A stretch of DNA of 64,000 nt from the NCBI GenBank assembly GCA_963765675.1, contig CAVXXK010000006.1, positions 448,001 through 512,000 on the forward strand, in the 5' to 3' direction. A program made the translations under genes and the position numbers. Source of the DNA: an uncultured delta proteobacterium. Its GTDB lineage: Bacteria > Desulfobacterota > Binatia > Binatales > Binataceae. The stretch's first letter is position 1. Each line of letters begins with the position of its first letter. Positions 19,795-29,660 of this stretch are shown piece by piece. The notes beneath the pieces are model-generated. The model did not search any database and was not told the origin of the DNA. It saw nothing but the letters and a program-made list of their open reading frames with translations.

Positions 19795-21720
19795 ATGATG
19801 TGGAAGAAGTACGCCCTGCTGGCGCTGGTCACGATACCGCTGATGGTCGCGGGCGCCTCGCTGGGAATGGCGCAGGAGTCACTGAAGGTAACTGGTTCGT
19901 TACCGAAGACGCCGGTTGCGCCGCCCGCGACCGCTGGAACGATCCCGCTCAATGCGGCGCCACTGACCCAGCAGTCACCACCCGACGTCAATCTGCCCGA
20001 CAGCGCGACCGCGAAGTTCGAGCATCAGGACGGCGCGGTCGACTCGCTGCCTAGCATTCTTGCGCGTCAATGGTCGCTCACCCGCGAGGTTCCGCCCGAG
20101 AGCCTGATCAGCGAGCGCTACCTGCGCAGCCAGGACAACCAGGCCCGGATGATCACGCTGAAGGAAGCGATTTACGTGGCCCTGCGCAACAACCCCAGTA
20201 TCGCGGCCACCGCGCTCGATCCGCTCGCGTCGGTCGAGGCGATCAAGGAGGCCAACGGAACCTTCGATCCCGATCTGACGGCGCAAACCGACGTGATCAA
20301 GAGCGTGACGCCCACTACCTCGATTCTGCAGACCGGCGGAGCCGACGCTTTCACGACAAAGCTCTACGACTGGGATTTTGGCGTGAATAAGGTCTCGGCG
20401 CTGACCAACGGCACCTTCGGGGTTACCTTCGATAACGAGCGTGCGCTGTCTAACTCGGCCTTCGCGTCGATCAATCCGTCATATACGCCGAGCCTGACAC
20501 TTTCGGTTTCGCAGCCGCTCTTGCAGAACTTCGGATGGCGGTTTGCAACGATCAACGTGCGGATCGCGGAGTCCGGACAGAAGACCGCGCAGTGGAATTA
20601 CGAGCAGAGCCTGCAAGACTTCGTCCAGCGCATCGGGCAGGAATACTGGAACGTGGTACTGGCCGAGGAGAATCTCGAAGTTGCGCGAGCCGCGCTGCGC
20701 TTCAACCAGGATCTGGTGCGGCAGAACTCGATCTCGGTCAAAGTCGGAACTCTGGCCCCGCTCGACTTGCAGGAAGCGCAATCCGCTGCCGCGACCGCCG
20801 AGGCCAATGTCTATACCGCGGAAGCGAACCTCAAAACCTCGCGCGTGCAGCTTCGCCAGGACGTGATGCTCAATCCGGCCGAGATGTTTATTCCCGAGGA
20901 ACTTGAGCCTGCCACGCGGCCGAATCCAGAGGAGCAGATTTCCGAGAACGAGGAGCACGCGCTCGAAATGGCGGTCGAGTACCTGCCGTCGCTGGCGTCG
21001 ATGCGCGAATCGATTCGCAGCGCGCTGCTGCAGGTCAAATTCGCCGAGAATCAGACGCTGCCACAGCTCAACCTAGGAGCGCAGTTTGGAATAACCTCCA
21101 CCGCCGGAACCAGCAAGTGCCAGGAGAGTCTGAGCGGAAGCGTCAAAACCGGAAACTGCAACACCCTGGTCCCCAATCCTCTGCCTCCGCCCAAGGACAT
21201 CGCAGGCGAGAAGCTTCCGTTCGGCGGCATATACGGCAGCGCGCTCAATCGGTTGTGGAACTTCGGCTTCTACAATTACGCGGCAGTCCTTTCCTTCCAG
21301 ATGCCGCTAGATAACGCCACTGCGCGAGCTGCGTTGTCGCAGGCGCGTATCCAGTACGAGCAGTCGCGGCTGACGTATCGCTCGTCGCTGTCGCAGGCGG
21401 TGGTGAATGTGGAGTCGGCGATCGCGAACCTGTTCGCCGATCAGCAACGTGCGCAGGCAACCGCGTCGGCCACCTACTACGCGCGCCAGGCACTGCATGA
21501 CGAGGAAGTGCGCTTCCGGGTCGGGATGGCGACGACGCACGACCTGCTGCAATTCCAGGAAGAGGAAGTCAGCGCCGAGGGTAACGAAGTTCAGGCCGAA
21601 GTTGACCTGGAGAATGCCAAGCTCGCGCTGCGCCACGCGGAGGGAACGATCCTCCAGGAATTTGACATAAGCTTCGAGCTCCAGGATCCGCACCAGACGC
21701 CGTGGTACGCGACGTTCTAG
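19795..21720 (+). CDS. TolC-family outer membrane protein
   Basis: Signal peptide; ITLKEAIYVALRNNP, LSVSQPLLQNFG and two OEP repeats (VGTLAPLDLQEAQ; VGMATTHDLLQFQ). Confidence 0.9.
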   Translation: MMWKKYALLALVTIPLMVAGASLGMAQESLKVTGSLPKTPVAPPATAGTIPLNAAPLTQQSPPDVNLPDSATAKFEHQDGAVDSLPSILARQWSLTREVPPESLISERYLRSQDNQARMITLKEAIYVALRNNPSIAATALDPLASVEAIKEANGTFDPDLTAQTDVIKSVTPTTSILQTGGADAFTTKLYDWDFGVNKVSALTNGTFGVTFDNERALSNSAFASINPSYTPSLTLSVSQPLLQNFGWRFATINVRIAESGQKTAQWNYEQSLQDFVQRIGQEYWNVVLAEENLEVARAALRFNQDLVRQNSISVKVGTLAPLDLQEAQSAAATAEANVYTAEANLKTSRVQLRQDVMLNPAEMFIPEELEPATRPNPEEQISENEEHALEMAVEYLPSLASMRESIRSALLQVKFAENQTLPQLNLGAQFGITSTAGTSKCQESLSGSVKTGNCNTLVPNPLPPPKDIAGEKLPFGGIYGSALNRLWNFGFYNYAAVLSFQMPLDNATARAALSQARIQYEQSRLTYRSSLSQAVVNVESAIANLFADQQRAQATASATYYARQALHDEEVRFRVGMATTHDLLQFQEEEVSAEGNEVQAEVDLENAKLALRHAEGTILQEFDISFELQDPHQTPWYATF

Positions 21721-21746
21721 GTAATCACTCTATCCTGCGGGAAACC

Positions 21747-21789
21747 AAAACAGCGCCGGATCGCAGATGCGGTCCGGCGCTGTGCTTTT
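21747..21789. terminator. Bidirectional terminator
   Basis: AAAA-CAGCGCCGGATCGCA-GA-TGCGGTCCGGCGCTG-TGCTTTT between convergent genes. Confidence 0.85.
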
Positions 21790-21818
21790 ACGCGAATCGT
21801 GCGTCGAGCGCGCAATCG

Positions 21819-22232
21819 TCAGGCGCGGCCGTCCATGCAGACCTTGCGGCTTTGGTAGCGCCAGCGTCCGTCGACGCGGCGGAGCTTGTCGCGATAGTTT
21901 GCGACCGTGCTTTGCTGGACGCGCCCTTCTTTGCAGTGCGAATAGAGCAGGTAGCAACTGGCGTCGGCGTCATCGCCGTCGATCGTGAAAAGCAGATTGG
22001 TGATCACGTGGCGCGCCTGCGCGCCGCCCAGGCTATCGCGATAAACCCGGGTGAACTTCTCGAGTCCTGCGCGGCCCTCATGCTTTCCGAACCGCGTGCT
22101 CTCGAACGAGCCGTCGTCGGTAAACAGATCGAGCCATTCGCTGTAGCGATGATTATCCAGCGTGTCGGCGTAACGCGCGTACAGATCACGAATCTCTTCG
22201 CGGTCTTCGATCGTTCCACTAAAATTCGCCAT
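21819..22232 (-). CDS. SnoaL-like / NTF2-family protein
   Basis: EDREEIRDLYARYADTLD...LFTDDG...RHVITN...YRDKLRRVDGRWR. Confidence 0.88.
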   Translation of the reverse strand: MANFSGTIEDREEIRDLYARYADTLDNHRYSEWLDLFTDDGSFESTRFGKHEGRAGLEKFTRVYRDSLGGAQARHVITNLLFTIDGDDADASCYLLYSHCKEGRVQQSTVANYRDKLRRVDGRWRYQSRKVCMDGRA

Positions 22233-22260
22233 AATTCTGACCTCTCGCTCGCGCCGGCGC

Positions 22261-23475
22261 TCAGATGACGTTCGCGTCGCGCAGCCGTGCGATATCGTCC
22301 CACGAGTAACCGAGCATACCGGTCATGATCGTTTCCGTATGCTCGCCGAGCTCCGGTGCATGTCCCCGCGGGTCGCCCGGCGTTTCCGAAAGCTTCACCG
22401 GCATCCCGAGCAGGCGCGTGGCTCCGAGCTCCGGATGCTCATAATCAACGACATAGCCATTGGCTTTGACCTGCGGATCCTCCGGCAGATCGGAGACCGA
22501 ATTCACGACCGTGTAGATAAAATCTCCGCCGGCCTTGAGCGCGCGCATCCATTCATCGCGCGTGCGGGTGGCGAAAATTTCGTCGAAGATTTTTATTACT
22601 TCGGCGGCATTGTGCCCCCGCTTGCGCATCTCAGCGAACCGCGGATCAGTGATCAAATCGGCGCGGCCGAGCGTGGTGCAGAAATCTTTCCAATAGCGAT
22701 CCGGCTGGAGCATCCCAAGGCACAGCCACTTGTCGTCGGCGCATCGATAGTGATTCCAGAGCGGATTGAACGCATTCGCGCGCGTGTTGCGGTTGAACTC
22801 CTTGCCATGAATCGTGCGTGAGGCGACGTTCAGACCCTGCAGCGTCATCATCGAGCCAAGATGCGACGCGTCAACCTCCTGCCCTACTCCGTAGCGCTCG
22901 CGCGCGACCAGCGCCGCCAGGATTCCGTACGCCAGCATCACCGCGCCCATCTGATCGGCGATTCCACCGAAAATGTAGTTGGGGGGGCTGCCGTCAACAC
23001 CGGTCGCGTTCATAATTCCCGAGCGCGCCTGCCCAAGATAATCGAACGAGGGTTCGCCGCTGTCGGGACCCTCCGGCCCATAGCCCGACGCGCTCGCGTA
23101 GATCAGCCGATCGTTATGCGCGCGCATCGCCGGATAGCCGAGCCCGAGCCGCGCGGCAACGCCCTTGCGGAAGTTCTGCACAAACACGTCACTCTTCGCT
23201 GCCAGCCGGTAGACGATCTCGCGCGCCTCGGGCCGCTTCAGGTCCAACGCGATACTCTGCTTGTGCTTGTTGTTGGCTTCGAAATAAAAGTTGCGCCCGG
23301 ACTTGCCGGTCGAAGCGCCCGCCACCGCGACGATCCCGCGACCGGGGTCGCCCTTGTCGCGCTCTTCGATCTTGATCACTTCCGCGCCCAGGTCGGCCAG
23401 CATCTGCGTCGCGACCGGTCCCTGCTGCCAGATCGTCCAATCAATAATTCTAATGCCGGTAAGCGGTCCCTTCAT
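22261..23475 (-). CDS. CaiB/BaiF family III CoA transferase
   Basis: PLTGIRIIDWT...GPVATQMLADLGAEVIKIE, DVFVQNFR, APELGEHT. Confidence 0.93.
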   Translation of the reverse strand: MKGPLTGIRIIDWTIWQQGPVATQMLADLGAEVIKIEERDKGDPGRGIVAVAGASTGKSGRNFYFEANNKHKQSIALDLKRPEAREIVYRLAAKSDVFVQNFRKGVAARLGLGYPAMRAHNDRLIYASASGYGPEGPDSGEPSFDYLGQARSGIMNATGVDGSPPNYIFGGIADQMGAVMLAYGILAALVARERYGVGQEVDASHLGSMMTLQGLNVASRTIHGKEFNRNTRANAFNPLWNHYRCADDKWLCLGMLQPDRYWKDFCTTLGRADLITDPRFAEMRKRGHNAAEVIKIFDEIFATRTRDEWMRALKAGGDFIYTVVNSVSDLPEDPQVKANGYVVDYEHPELGATRLLGMPVKLSETPGDPRGHAPELGEHTETIMTGMLGYSWDDIARLRDANVI

Positions 23476-23558
23476 GCGTCTCTCTATACCACAATAGGGC
23501 AAAATCCCGAGACAGGTCTCGCTTGTTTTTCGCGCGTCCCGGATTCAACTATTGACCG

Positions 23559-24293
23559 ATGGGCGCGCTCACGGAACTGGTCGATTTCCTGTACCCGCCC
23601 CGTTGCGCCGCGTGCGGCGCGCGCTTCGCGGCGGGCGCGCAGCGCCGCGTCTGCGATGAATGCCTGGCGCGCAAGGAACTCCTGCCCGGCCCGCTCTGCG
23701 CCGTGTGCGGCGGTCCGGTCGAGTCCGCGGCAAGTGGCGCGACGCAATGCGCCCGATGTATCGCGGACCCTCCGCACTTTCGCCACGCAAGCGCGATCGC
23801 GCGTTATCGTGCGAGCGCTGAAGACGATCCGCGCTCGCTGCCCGCGATGCTTCGCCGGCACAAGTACGGCCTCGACCAGGCAGCGGGTCGCGCGCTCGCG
23901 GAATATCTGGTCACAGACCTGCGGATCGATGCGGGCGCGATCGATCTGATCGTGCCGGTTCCGCTTCATCGGCGCCGGCTATGGTGGCGCGGCTTCAACC
24001 AGGCAGCGATTCTGGCCGAGGAAATCTCGCGGCGGCTCAAAGTTCCGCTCGACGCGACCGCGATCGTGCGCCACCGGGCGACCGCGGCGCAGACTTCCCG
24101 CGATCATGACGCGCGGCGGCGCAACGTGCGGCGAGCATTCGCGGTCGCACGGCCCGCGCGGGTCGCGAAACGTGCGGTCCTGCTGGTGGACGACGTGATG
24201 ACCACCGGCGCGACCGTGGACGAATGCGCCCGCGTCCTGCTCGAGGCGGGTGCGCGCAGCGTTGACGTGTTCACGCTCGCACGCGTGCTGTGA
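23559..24293 (+). CDS. comF: ComF-family protein (double zinc ribbon plus PRTase)
   Basis: YPPRCAAC, VPVPLH, RGFNQA, LLVDDVMTTGAT. Confidence 0.92.
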   Translation: MGALTELVDFLYPPRCAACGARFAAGAQRRVCDECLARKELLPGPLCAVCGGPVESAASGATQCARCIADPPHFRHASAIARYRASAEDDPRSLPAMLRRHKYGLDQAAGRALAEYLVTDLRIDAGAIDLIVPVPLHRRRLWWRGFNQAAILAEEISRRLKVPLDATAIVRHRATAAQTSRDHDARRRNVRRAFAVARPARVAKRAVLLVDDVMTTGATVDECARVLLEAGARSVDVFTLARVL

Positions 24294-24390
24294 ATATCGC
24301 GACGCGCCGCGGATGGCACGCCACGCGCAAGATGGATAGGTTTCTGGTATCGCGGCAGTCGAGTGGCGATCACCTGGAGATGGGCGGCAG

Positions 24391-25440
24391 ATGGCTAAGC
24401 GGATGACCTATAAATCGGCCGGCGTCGATATCGAGCTGAAACAGGCGCTGGTGCCGATGTTCCGCGCGATCGCGCGGCCTACTTCCGCCGGGCGCTCGGG
24501 CGCTCACGTGATCGGCGATATCGGCGGGTTTGGCGCGATGGTGGCGCTCAACGGAGCGCGCAAGATGCGCAACCCGATCCTGGTTTCCGGCACCGACAGC
24601 GTCGGCACCAAGCTCAAGATCGCATTCGCAACCGGACGCCACGACACCGTAGGGATCGATTGCGTCGCGATGTGCGTAAACGACATCATCTGCCACGCCG
24701 CGCGGCCGATGTTCTTCCTCGATTACATCGGGATTGGAAAACTCAAAAAAGAGACCGCGCTCGAAATCGTCAAAGGCGTCGCGCGCGGATGCGAGCTTGC
24801 GGGTGCGAGCCTGGTTGGCGGCGAAACTTGCCAGGCGGGCGATCTCTACAAACCCGGCGAATACGACCTCGCGGGCTTCGCGGTCGGAATCGTCGAGCGC
24901 GCATCGATTCCCGATCCGCGCAAGATCCGCGCGGGCGACGCGGTGATCGCGATCGCGTCCAATGGGATGCATTCCAACGGATTCTCATTGGCGCGGATGG
25001 TGCTGCTCGAGCGCGGTAAGCTCCGGCTTGGCGCGAGAATCACCGAGCTCGGATGCACGCTCGGCGAAGAGCTGCTCCGCCCGACGCTCATATACGCGCG
25101 CGCAGTGGGTGAATTGTTCGATCACTTCCGGATAAAGGGGCTTGCGAATATAACTGGCGGCGGCGTGATTGAGAATCTGCCGCGCGTGATGCCGGATGGC
25201 GTCTCAGCGGTCCTCGAACGCGGCGCATGGCCGGTGCCGCCAATCTTCGACCTGATTCAGCGCACGGGAAAGATCACGCAGCGCGAGATGGATCGGACTT
25301 TCAACAACGGAATCGGGATGGCGGCGATCGTCGCCGCGTCAGACGCCGACGCCGTGATCGCGTCGTTGCGCCGCCACAAGCACGATGCATACGTCGCGGG
25401 CGAGATTCGCCGTGGCACGCGCGAGGTCTCGTTTGCCTGA
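24391..25440 (+). CDS. purM: Phosphoribosylformylglycinamidine cyclo-ligase
   Basis: TYKSAGVDI, DSVGTKL, GIDCVAMCVND, SNGMHSNGFSL, TFNNGIG. Confidence 0.97.
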   Translation: MAKRMTYKSAGVDIELKQALVPMFRAIARPTSAGRSGAHVIGDIGGFGAMVALNGARKMRNPILVSGTDSVGTKLKIAFATGRHDTVGIDCVAMCVNDIICHAARPMFFLDYIGIGKLKKETALEIVKGVARGCELAGASLVGGETCQAGDLYKPGEYDLAGFAVGIVERASIPDPRKIRAGDAVIAIASNGMHSNGFSLARMVLLERGKLRLGARITELGCTLGEELLRPTLIYARAVGELFDHFRIKGLANITGGGVIENLPRVMPDGVSAVLERGAWPVPPIFDLIQRTGKITQREMDRTFNNGIGMAAIVAASDADAVIASLRRHKHDAYVAGEIRRGTREVSFA

Positions 25441-26119
25441 CGCCCAGCGCATCGTCTCTCGCGAACCCGTGAAGCTGGGCATCGTGATTTCGGGCGCGGG
25501 AACCAACCTGCAGGCGATTATCGACGCGATCGCGAGCGGCGCTCTGCGCGCGGAAATCCGTATCGTGCTCTCGAACCGTGCGGCTGCCGCAGGCCTCGAG
25601 CGTGCGCGCAAGGCCGGTATCGCGGCGCATGTGATCGACCATCGCAAGTTCTCCACGCGGGAGGATTTCGATAGAGCAGTCCTCGCCCTGATGCGCGAGC
25701 ACTCGGTCGAGCTGGTCGTATGCGCCGGCTTCATGCGCCTGTTCTCTTCGGTGATGCTCGAAGCGTTTCCGAACCGCATCCTCAATACTCACAACGCGCT
25801 CCTGCCGTCGTTCCCCGGAATCCACGGACCGCGCGACGCGATCGAGTATGGTGTGAAGATCGCGGGATGCACCGTCTTTTTCGTGACCGACGGCACCGAC
25901 ACCGGCCCGGTCATAATTCAGGCGGCAGTACCTGTCGAGCCCACCGACGACGAAGAGCGCCTGGCCGAGCGCATCAAGGCCGCGGAGCATCGTATCCTGC
26001 CCGAGGCGATTCGCCTCTATCAGGAAGGCAGGCTCGAAGTATCGGGCCGCAAGGTGATCATTCGCGGCCACGCCGCGACGCCTCCGGACGCGACCCTGAT
26101 TGTTCCGCCCATCAAGTGA
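25433..26119 (+). CDS. purN: Phosphoribosylglycinamide formyltransferase
   Basis: ISGAGTNLQAI, LNTHNALLPSFPG, GCTVFFV..GTDTGPVI; TTG start overlapping the purM stop is inferred. Confidence 0.95.
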   Translation: MPDAQRIVSREPVKLGIVISGAGTNLQAIIDAIASGALRAEIRIVLSNRAAAAGLERARKAGIAAHVIDHRKFSTREDFDRAVLALMREHSVELVVCAGFMRLFSSVMLEAFPNRILNTHNALLPSFPGIHGPRDAIEYGVKIAGCTVFFVTDGTDTGPVIIQAAVPVEPTDDEERLAERIKAAEHRILPEAIRLYQEGRLEVSGRKVIIRGHAATPPDATLIVPPIK

Positions 26120-26184
26120 CGTTGGTTGCGGTCTGGACTGCGCGTTTGATCCCTATAAGAATATGCACAGGAAGGAATGTCGCC

Positions 26185-26439
26185 GTGGCAAAAGTTGAAA
26201 TCTACACTACCAGTTCTTGCCCCTTCTGTGTTCGAGCCAAGAGTCTGCTCAAGAGCAAGGGCGTTCCGTACACTGAGATCGACGTGACCGACGACGATGC
26301 GATGCGCGAGAAGATGGTCGAGTTGTCGGGCGGGCGCCGCACGGTTCCCGAAATTTTCGTAAACGGCGCGATCGTAGGCGGCTACGACGAGCTCCGCGCC
26401 CTGAACGATCGAGGCGAGCTGGACAAGCTCCTCGCCTAA
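26185..26439 (+). CDS. grxC: Glutaredoxin 3
   Basis: VEIYTTSSCPFCVRAK...RTVPEIF...GGYDEL; GTG start. Confidence 0.93.
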   Translation: MAKVEIYTTSSCPFCVRAKSLLKSKGVPYTEIDVTDDDAMREKMVELSGGRRTVPEIFVNGAIVGGYDELRALNDRGELDKLLA

Positions 26440-26502
26440 CCCGCCTGATTCTTCGCCCCCTGCCTCATTCCTCGCGCTGAAAGAGAGCCATCGGAAGAAG
26501 TC

Positions 26503-26544
26503 AAAAATAAAACGGGCGGCTTCGGATGCCTCCGAGACCGCCCG
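26503..26544 (-). terminator. Rho-independent terminator
   Basis: CGGGCGG..CCGCCCG hairpin with AAAAATAAAA on the + strand (T-tract on the - strand). Confidence 0.7.
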
Positions 26545-26569
26545 CTGATTTGCGCTGCTCGAATTCTGA

Positions 26570-27013
26570 TCAGTCTCCGCTGGGCGAGGCCACCAAGCCT
26601 TCGTTCATGTGGTGTAGCGCTTCGCGATCTTGCGTCGAGTCGTAGGCTATCGCCTGCGCCGTGACTGTGACCTGCGAGCCGTCGGCGGAGACGTTGCTGT
26701 CCTCTTTGATGATCGCGTCGATCGTGTCAGGCCACTTGGTGTACGCAATCTTCTTGAGCTTTTCTTTCATCTCGGCCGCGTCGATTGCGTCGGGCGTGAA
26801 CGGCACCGTGTATGAAATTGGACCGAGCACCGTATAGGGCTTTCCCGGAGGCGCGTCGCCTGTAGTCACCCAGATGTGCGCATAGTCGACGCGCGTAACA
26901 AACGCCTGTTTTTTTGCTTCTTCGGCCTGGCGCTGTGCCTCGACAACGCCGCAAGCCGACAGCGTGAGGGCAAGTCCAATTAACGCCAATTTCGAAAGAG
27001 TGGATGAACGCAT
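26570..27013 (-). CDS. Hypothetical lipoprotein
   Basis: Lipobox LSAC; TTGDAPPGKPYTVLG is reminiscent of YbjQ-like folds. Confidence 0.75.
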   Translation of the reverse strand: MRSSTLSKLALIGLALTLSACGVVEAQRQAEEAKKQAFVTRVDYAHIWVTTGDAPPGKPYTVLGPISYTVPFTPDAIDAAEMKEKLKKIAYTKWPDTIDAIIKEDSNVSADGSQVTVTAQAIAYDSTQDREALHHMNEGLVASPSGD

Positions 27014-27234
27014 CGTATGATCCCCGTGTATTTCCCGTTATGTCCCCATCAGCCGGAATAATTTCATTATAATGCGATCCGCCCCGCTTTTGTACAGTCT
27101 GTCGAGCGGGTCGTGGACACGAATAGCTTTATTCCACTTAGCAGGGCCGGTCTGCAAACCCGCGCGCCGCTGTCCGAAAAAAACAGCGCCTAACCCTCCT
27201 TTGGGAATCGGGCCGGCGCGGCTATGATGCGCGC

Positions 27235-28071
27235 GTGACCAAATTCGCCGCCTGTTTCCTCCTCGTGTTCGGCGAGCTCGCTTTTGGCGGGATGTTCGCG
27301 CTCGCGATACCACCCTTCTTCAAAATCGAGCGCGGATTTTACAAATCCAGCGGCGGAGTTTACTTGGGCTCGGGACTCGTGACGGGAATCGGTCTTGCGA
27401 TGCTGGCCTCGCGCGGGGCTCATCATCCGGGGCAGCCCGCAGTGATCGCGATGTGGATCGCCGCGGCGCTATGGTTCAGCTTCTCGATCGCGGGCGCCCT
27501 GTATGTCGCGAGCTTGTGGACTGATCTGGGGCAGCTTCGCGCCCGCGCGTACACTGCCACGCTCGTGATTGGGCTGGTCGCCGTGATCGCGACCGTGATG
27601 CTCCTGAAGCCGGCGGACTTCGGCGCGATCGCGGCCGTCACCTACGCCATCACGGCAATCACTTCTTCGCTGATGCTGGGACTGGTCAGCGCGGGAATGA
27701 TGTTCGGGCATTGGTATCTGATCGATCCGAATCTGCCGGTCGAATATCTGAGCTCGATCGTGCGAATGCTCGCAATCGCCCTGTGGGCTGACCTGGCCGC
27801 GCTGCTCCTCGCGCTAGGAGCTCTCGCGGTGGCGGGAGGCGCGCCCCAAGCCGCGGTCGCATCGTTGATCGAATCTCACACTATGCTGCTCGTCGCTCGG
27901 ATCGTCCTCGGACCGGTCGCGACGCTAATCCTCACCTGGATGACCTGGCAGACGCTCAAGGTGCCGCAGACGATGGCGGCGACGGGGTTGCTGTATATCG
28001 CGGTGATGGCGGCGATAGTCGGCGAGATGCTCGGCCGGTTCATCCTGTTCCGCACGGCAGTGCCGCTGTAA
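27235..28071 (+). CDS. Polytopic membrane protein of unknown function
   Basis: About 8 TM helices; conserved-looking GMMFGHWYL and QTMAATGLLYIA motifs. Confidence 0.8.
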   Translation: MTKFAACFLLVFGELAFGGMFALAIPPFFKIERGFYKSSGGVYLGSGLVTGIGLAMLASRGAHHPGQPAVIAMWIAAALWFSFSIAGALYVASLWTDLGQLRARAYTATLVIGLVAVIATVMLLKPADFGAIAAVTYAITAITSSLMLGLVSAGMMFGHWYLIDPNLPVEYLSSIVRMLAIALWADLAALLLALGALAVAGGAPQAAVASLIESHTMLLVARIVLGPVATLILTWMTWQTLKVPQTMAATGLLYIAVMAAIVGEMLGRFILFRTAVPL

Positions 28072-28115
28072 AGGCGCTTTTCCTGCGCGAGCGCGGATGC
28101 TTTACTCGATAGACG

Positions 28116-28409
28116 GTGGCCGACGAATTCGACAGCGAGCGTTTTCCGGGCAATTTCTACCAGGGGATGATCCTGCGCCTGGACCGCGCGCGCGGCCGCG
28201 GTATCGTGCGCTCCCACAGCGGACGCGAGGTCGAGTTCGAGTTTCCCTACGTCCAGGTGATCGGTGCGGGCCTTGGCGGCAGGATGCCGGGGATCGAGTT
28301 GCTGAACGAAGGTGACGTTATCGGCTTCGATGTGGGTTGGACCTCGAAGGGCCTGCGCGTCACGACTCTGCGCCCCCGCGCCGGCGCCGAACGGCCCCGC
28401 GAGAGGTAA
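28116..28409 (+). CDS. Small OB-fold / cold-shock-domain-like protein
   Basis: QGMILRLDRARGRGIVRSHSGREVEFEF...LNEGDVIGFDV...GLRVT resembles CSD topology. Confidence 0.65.
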   Translation: MADEFDSERFPGNFYQGMILRLDRARGRGIVRSHSGREVEFEFPYVQVIGAGLGGRMPGIELLNEGDVIGFDVGWTSKGLRVTTLRPRAGAERPRER

Positions 28410-28412
28410 TCC

Positions 28413-29057
28413 TCACGCCAACGGGCGCTTGCGCTGGAACATCCGCCACATCCGCACGCCGAGCGGAAAGATCTCGCCCATCACCTCGTAACCCTTGCTC
28501 GAATAGTAGGCGACGTTGGCCTCGGTCGCGGTCTCGAGGTACACGCCCGCCACGTCGGTGCGCTCCGCGGCCATAACGCGCAGATGCTCGAGCAGCGCCT
28601 GTCCGCAGTGTTTACGCTGATACTCCGGATCGACGCCGAGAAGATTCAGGTACAGATGCGGCTCGCGAGGATGATTGCGCGCAAGCACGTCCATGAGCTG
28701 AACCGAGCGGCGGAGTCCGCCCCACCCCACTGCGGAGACGATTCGCGGCACGTTCGGCAATCCAAAGGCCAGAAACGTCGCCATCGAGGTGTAACCCGCG
28801 CCCTCGACGACCGCGGCGCCGACCACCTTGCCCTCGTCGAGGATTCCGAACACCGGCTGTCCCATCCGGCGCTGAATCGAGAGTACGGCGCGAAACAGGC
28901 CGGTCAACCGTGTGGCGCGAGCCGCCGGATCGGTGACGTCGGGCAAAATCGCAACCAGCGGCGGGTCGTTGATAAACGCCCGTCCCAGCGCGACGGCGGC
29001 CTGCGGATACTGTTCAGGGAAAATGAACGAGACGCGCGGTTTCGAGTCCAAAGCCAT
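28413..29057 (-). CDS. GNAT N-acetyltransferase
   Basis: HLYLNLLGVDPEYQRKHCGQALL...YLET...NVAYYSSKGY. Confidence 0.88.
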   Translation of the reverse strand: MALDSKPRVSFIFPEQYPQAAVALGRAFINDPPLVAILPDVTDPAARATRLTGLFRAVLSIQRRMGQPVFGILDEGKVVGAAVVEGAGYTSMATFLAFGLPNVPRIVSAVGWGGLRRSVQLMDVLARNHPREPHLYLNLLGVDPEYQRKHCGQALLEHLRVMAAERTDVAGVYLETATEANVAYYSSKGYEVMGEIFPLGVRMWRMFQRKRPLA

Positions 29058-29136
29058 AGCCGATCACGATACACGATCGGCAGACCGCGCGCCGCAGGTG
29101 CCCGACAGAAAAAGCTCGCGATTATTTCGCTGCGAA

Positions 29137-29478
29137 CTACTGCGACACCGGCATCTGCGAAGTGCCGGTCAGCGTGAAGCTGTTGTTGGCGCCCTTGGGC
29201 AAGATGAATGAGAACAGCTTGAATGGATACGGACGGGTAATCACGACCTTCGCGTCGATTCCGGAAGGAATCTTGTTGTCAGTCGGAAACGTTACGGTGA
29301 CATCGGCGGTGCTGAGTCCGAGGTTGGTCGCGGCCGTCATCGCCGCGGTTTGGATCGCGCTCTTATCGGCGGCGATGATGCTCGCCGAGCCTGTTCCCTC
29401 TCCATGCACGATTGCGGCGCGAGTGCCCTCGCGCGCGGCCTCGCAAACCGTGTTGTAGGCTAGCATCAGCTCCGCCAC
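29137..29478 (-). pseudogene. 5'-truncated TadE-like pseudopilin
   Basis: AYNTVCEAAREGTRAAIV is the TadE C-terminal motif; the prepilin leader and TM helix are absent and an in-frame stop lies just upstream. Confidence 0.6.
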
Positions 29479-29660
29479 CTGAGGTAAGACTGTTCAAATC
29501 AGGCGGAAATTGGGGCTCTTTTTGATAGTAAACGACATTTCGCGGCTTTTTTGATCCTCACGGATCGAGGTCCGGAGGCCGTCCGGTCGCGTGTGTGCCA
29601 AAAAACCCTGTGGCTATGCCGAAATAATTCGTGGCTGCGATGCAACCCGCAGGTTCAGTG

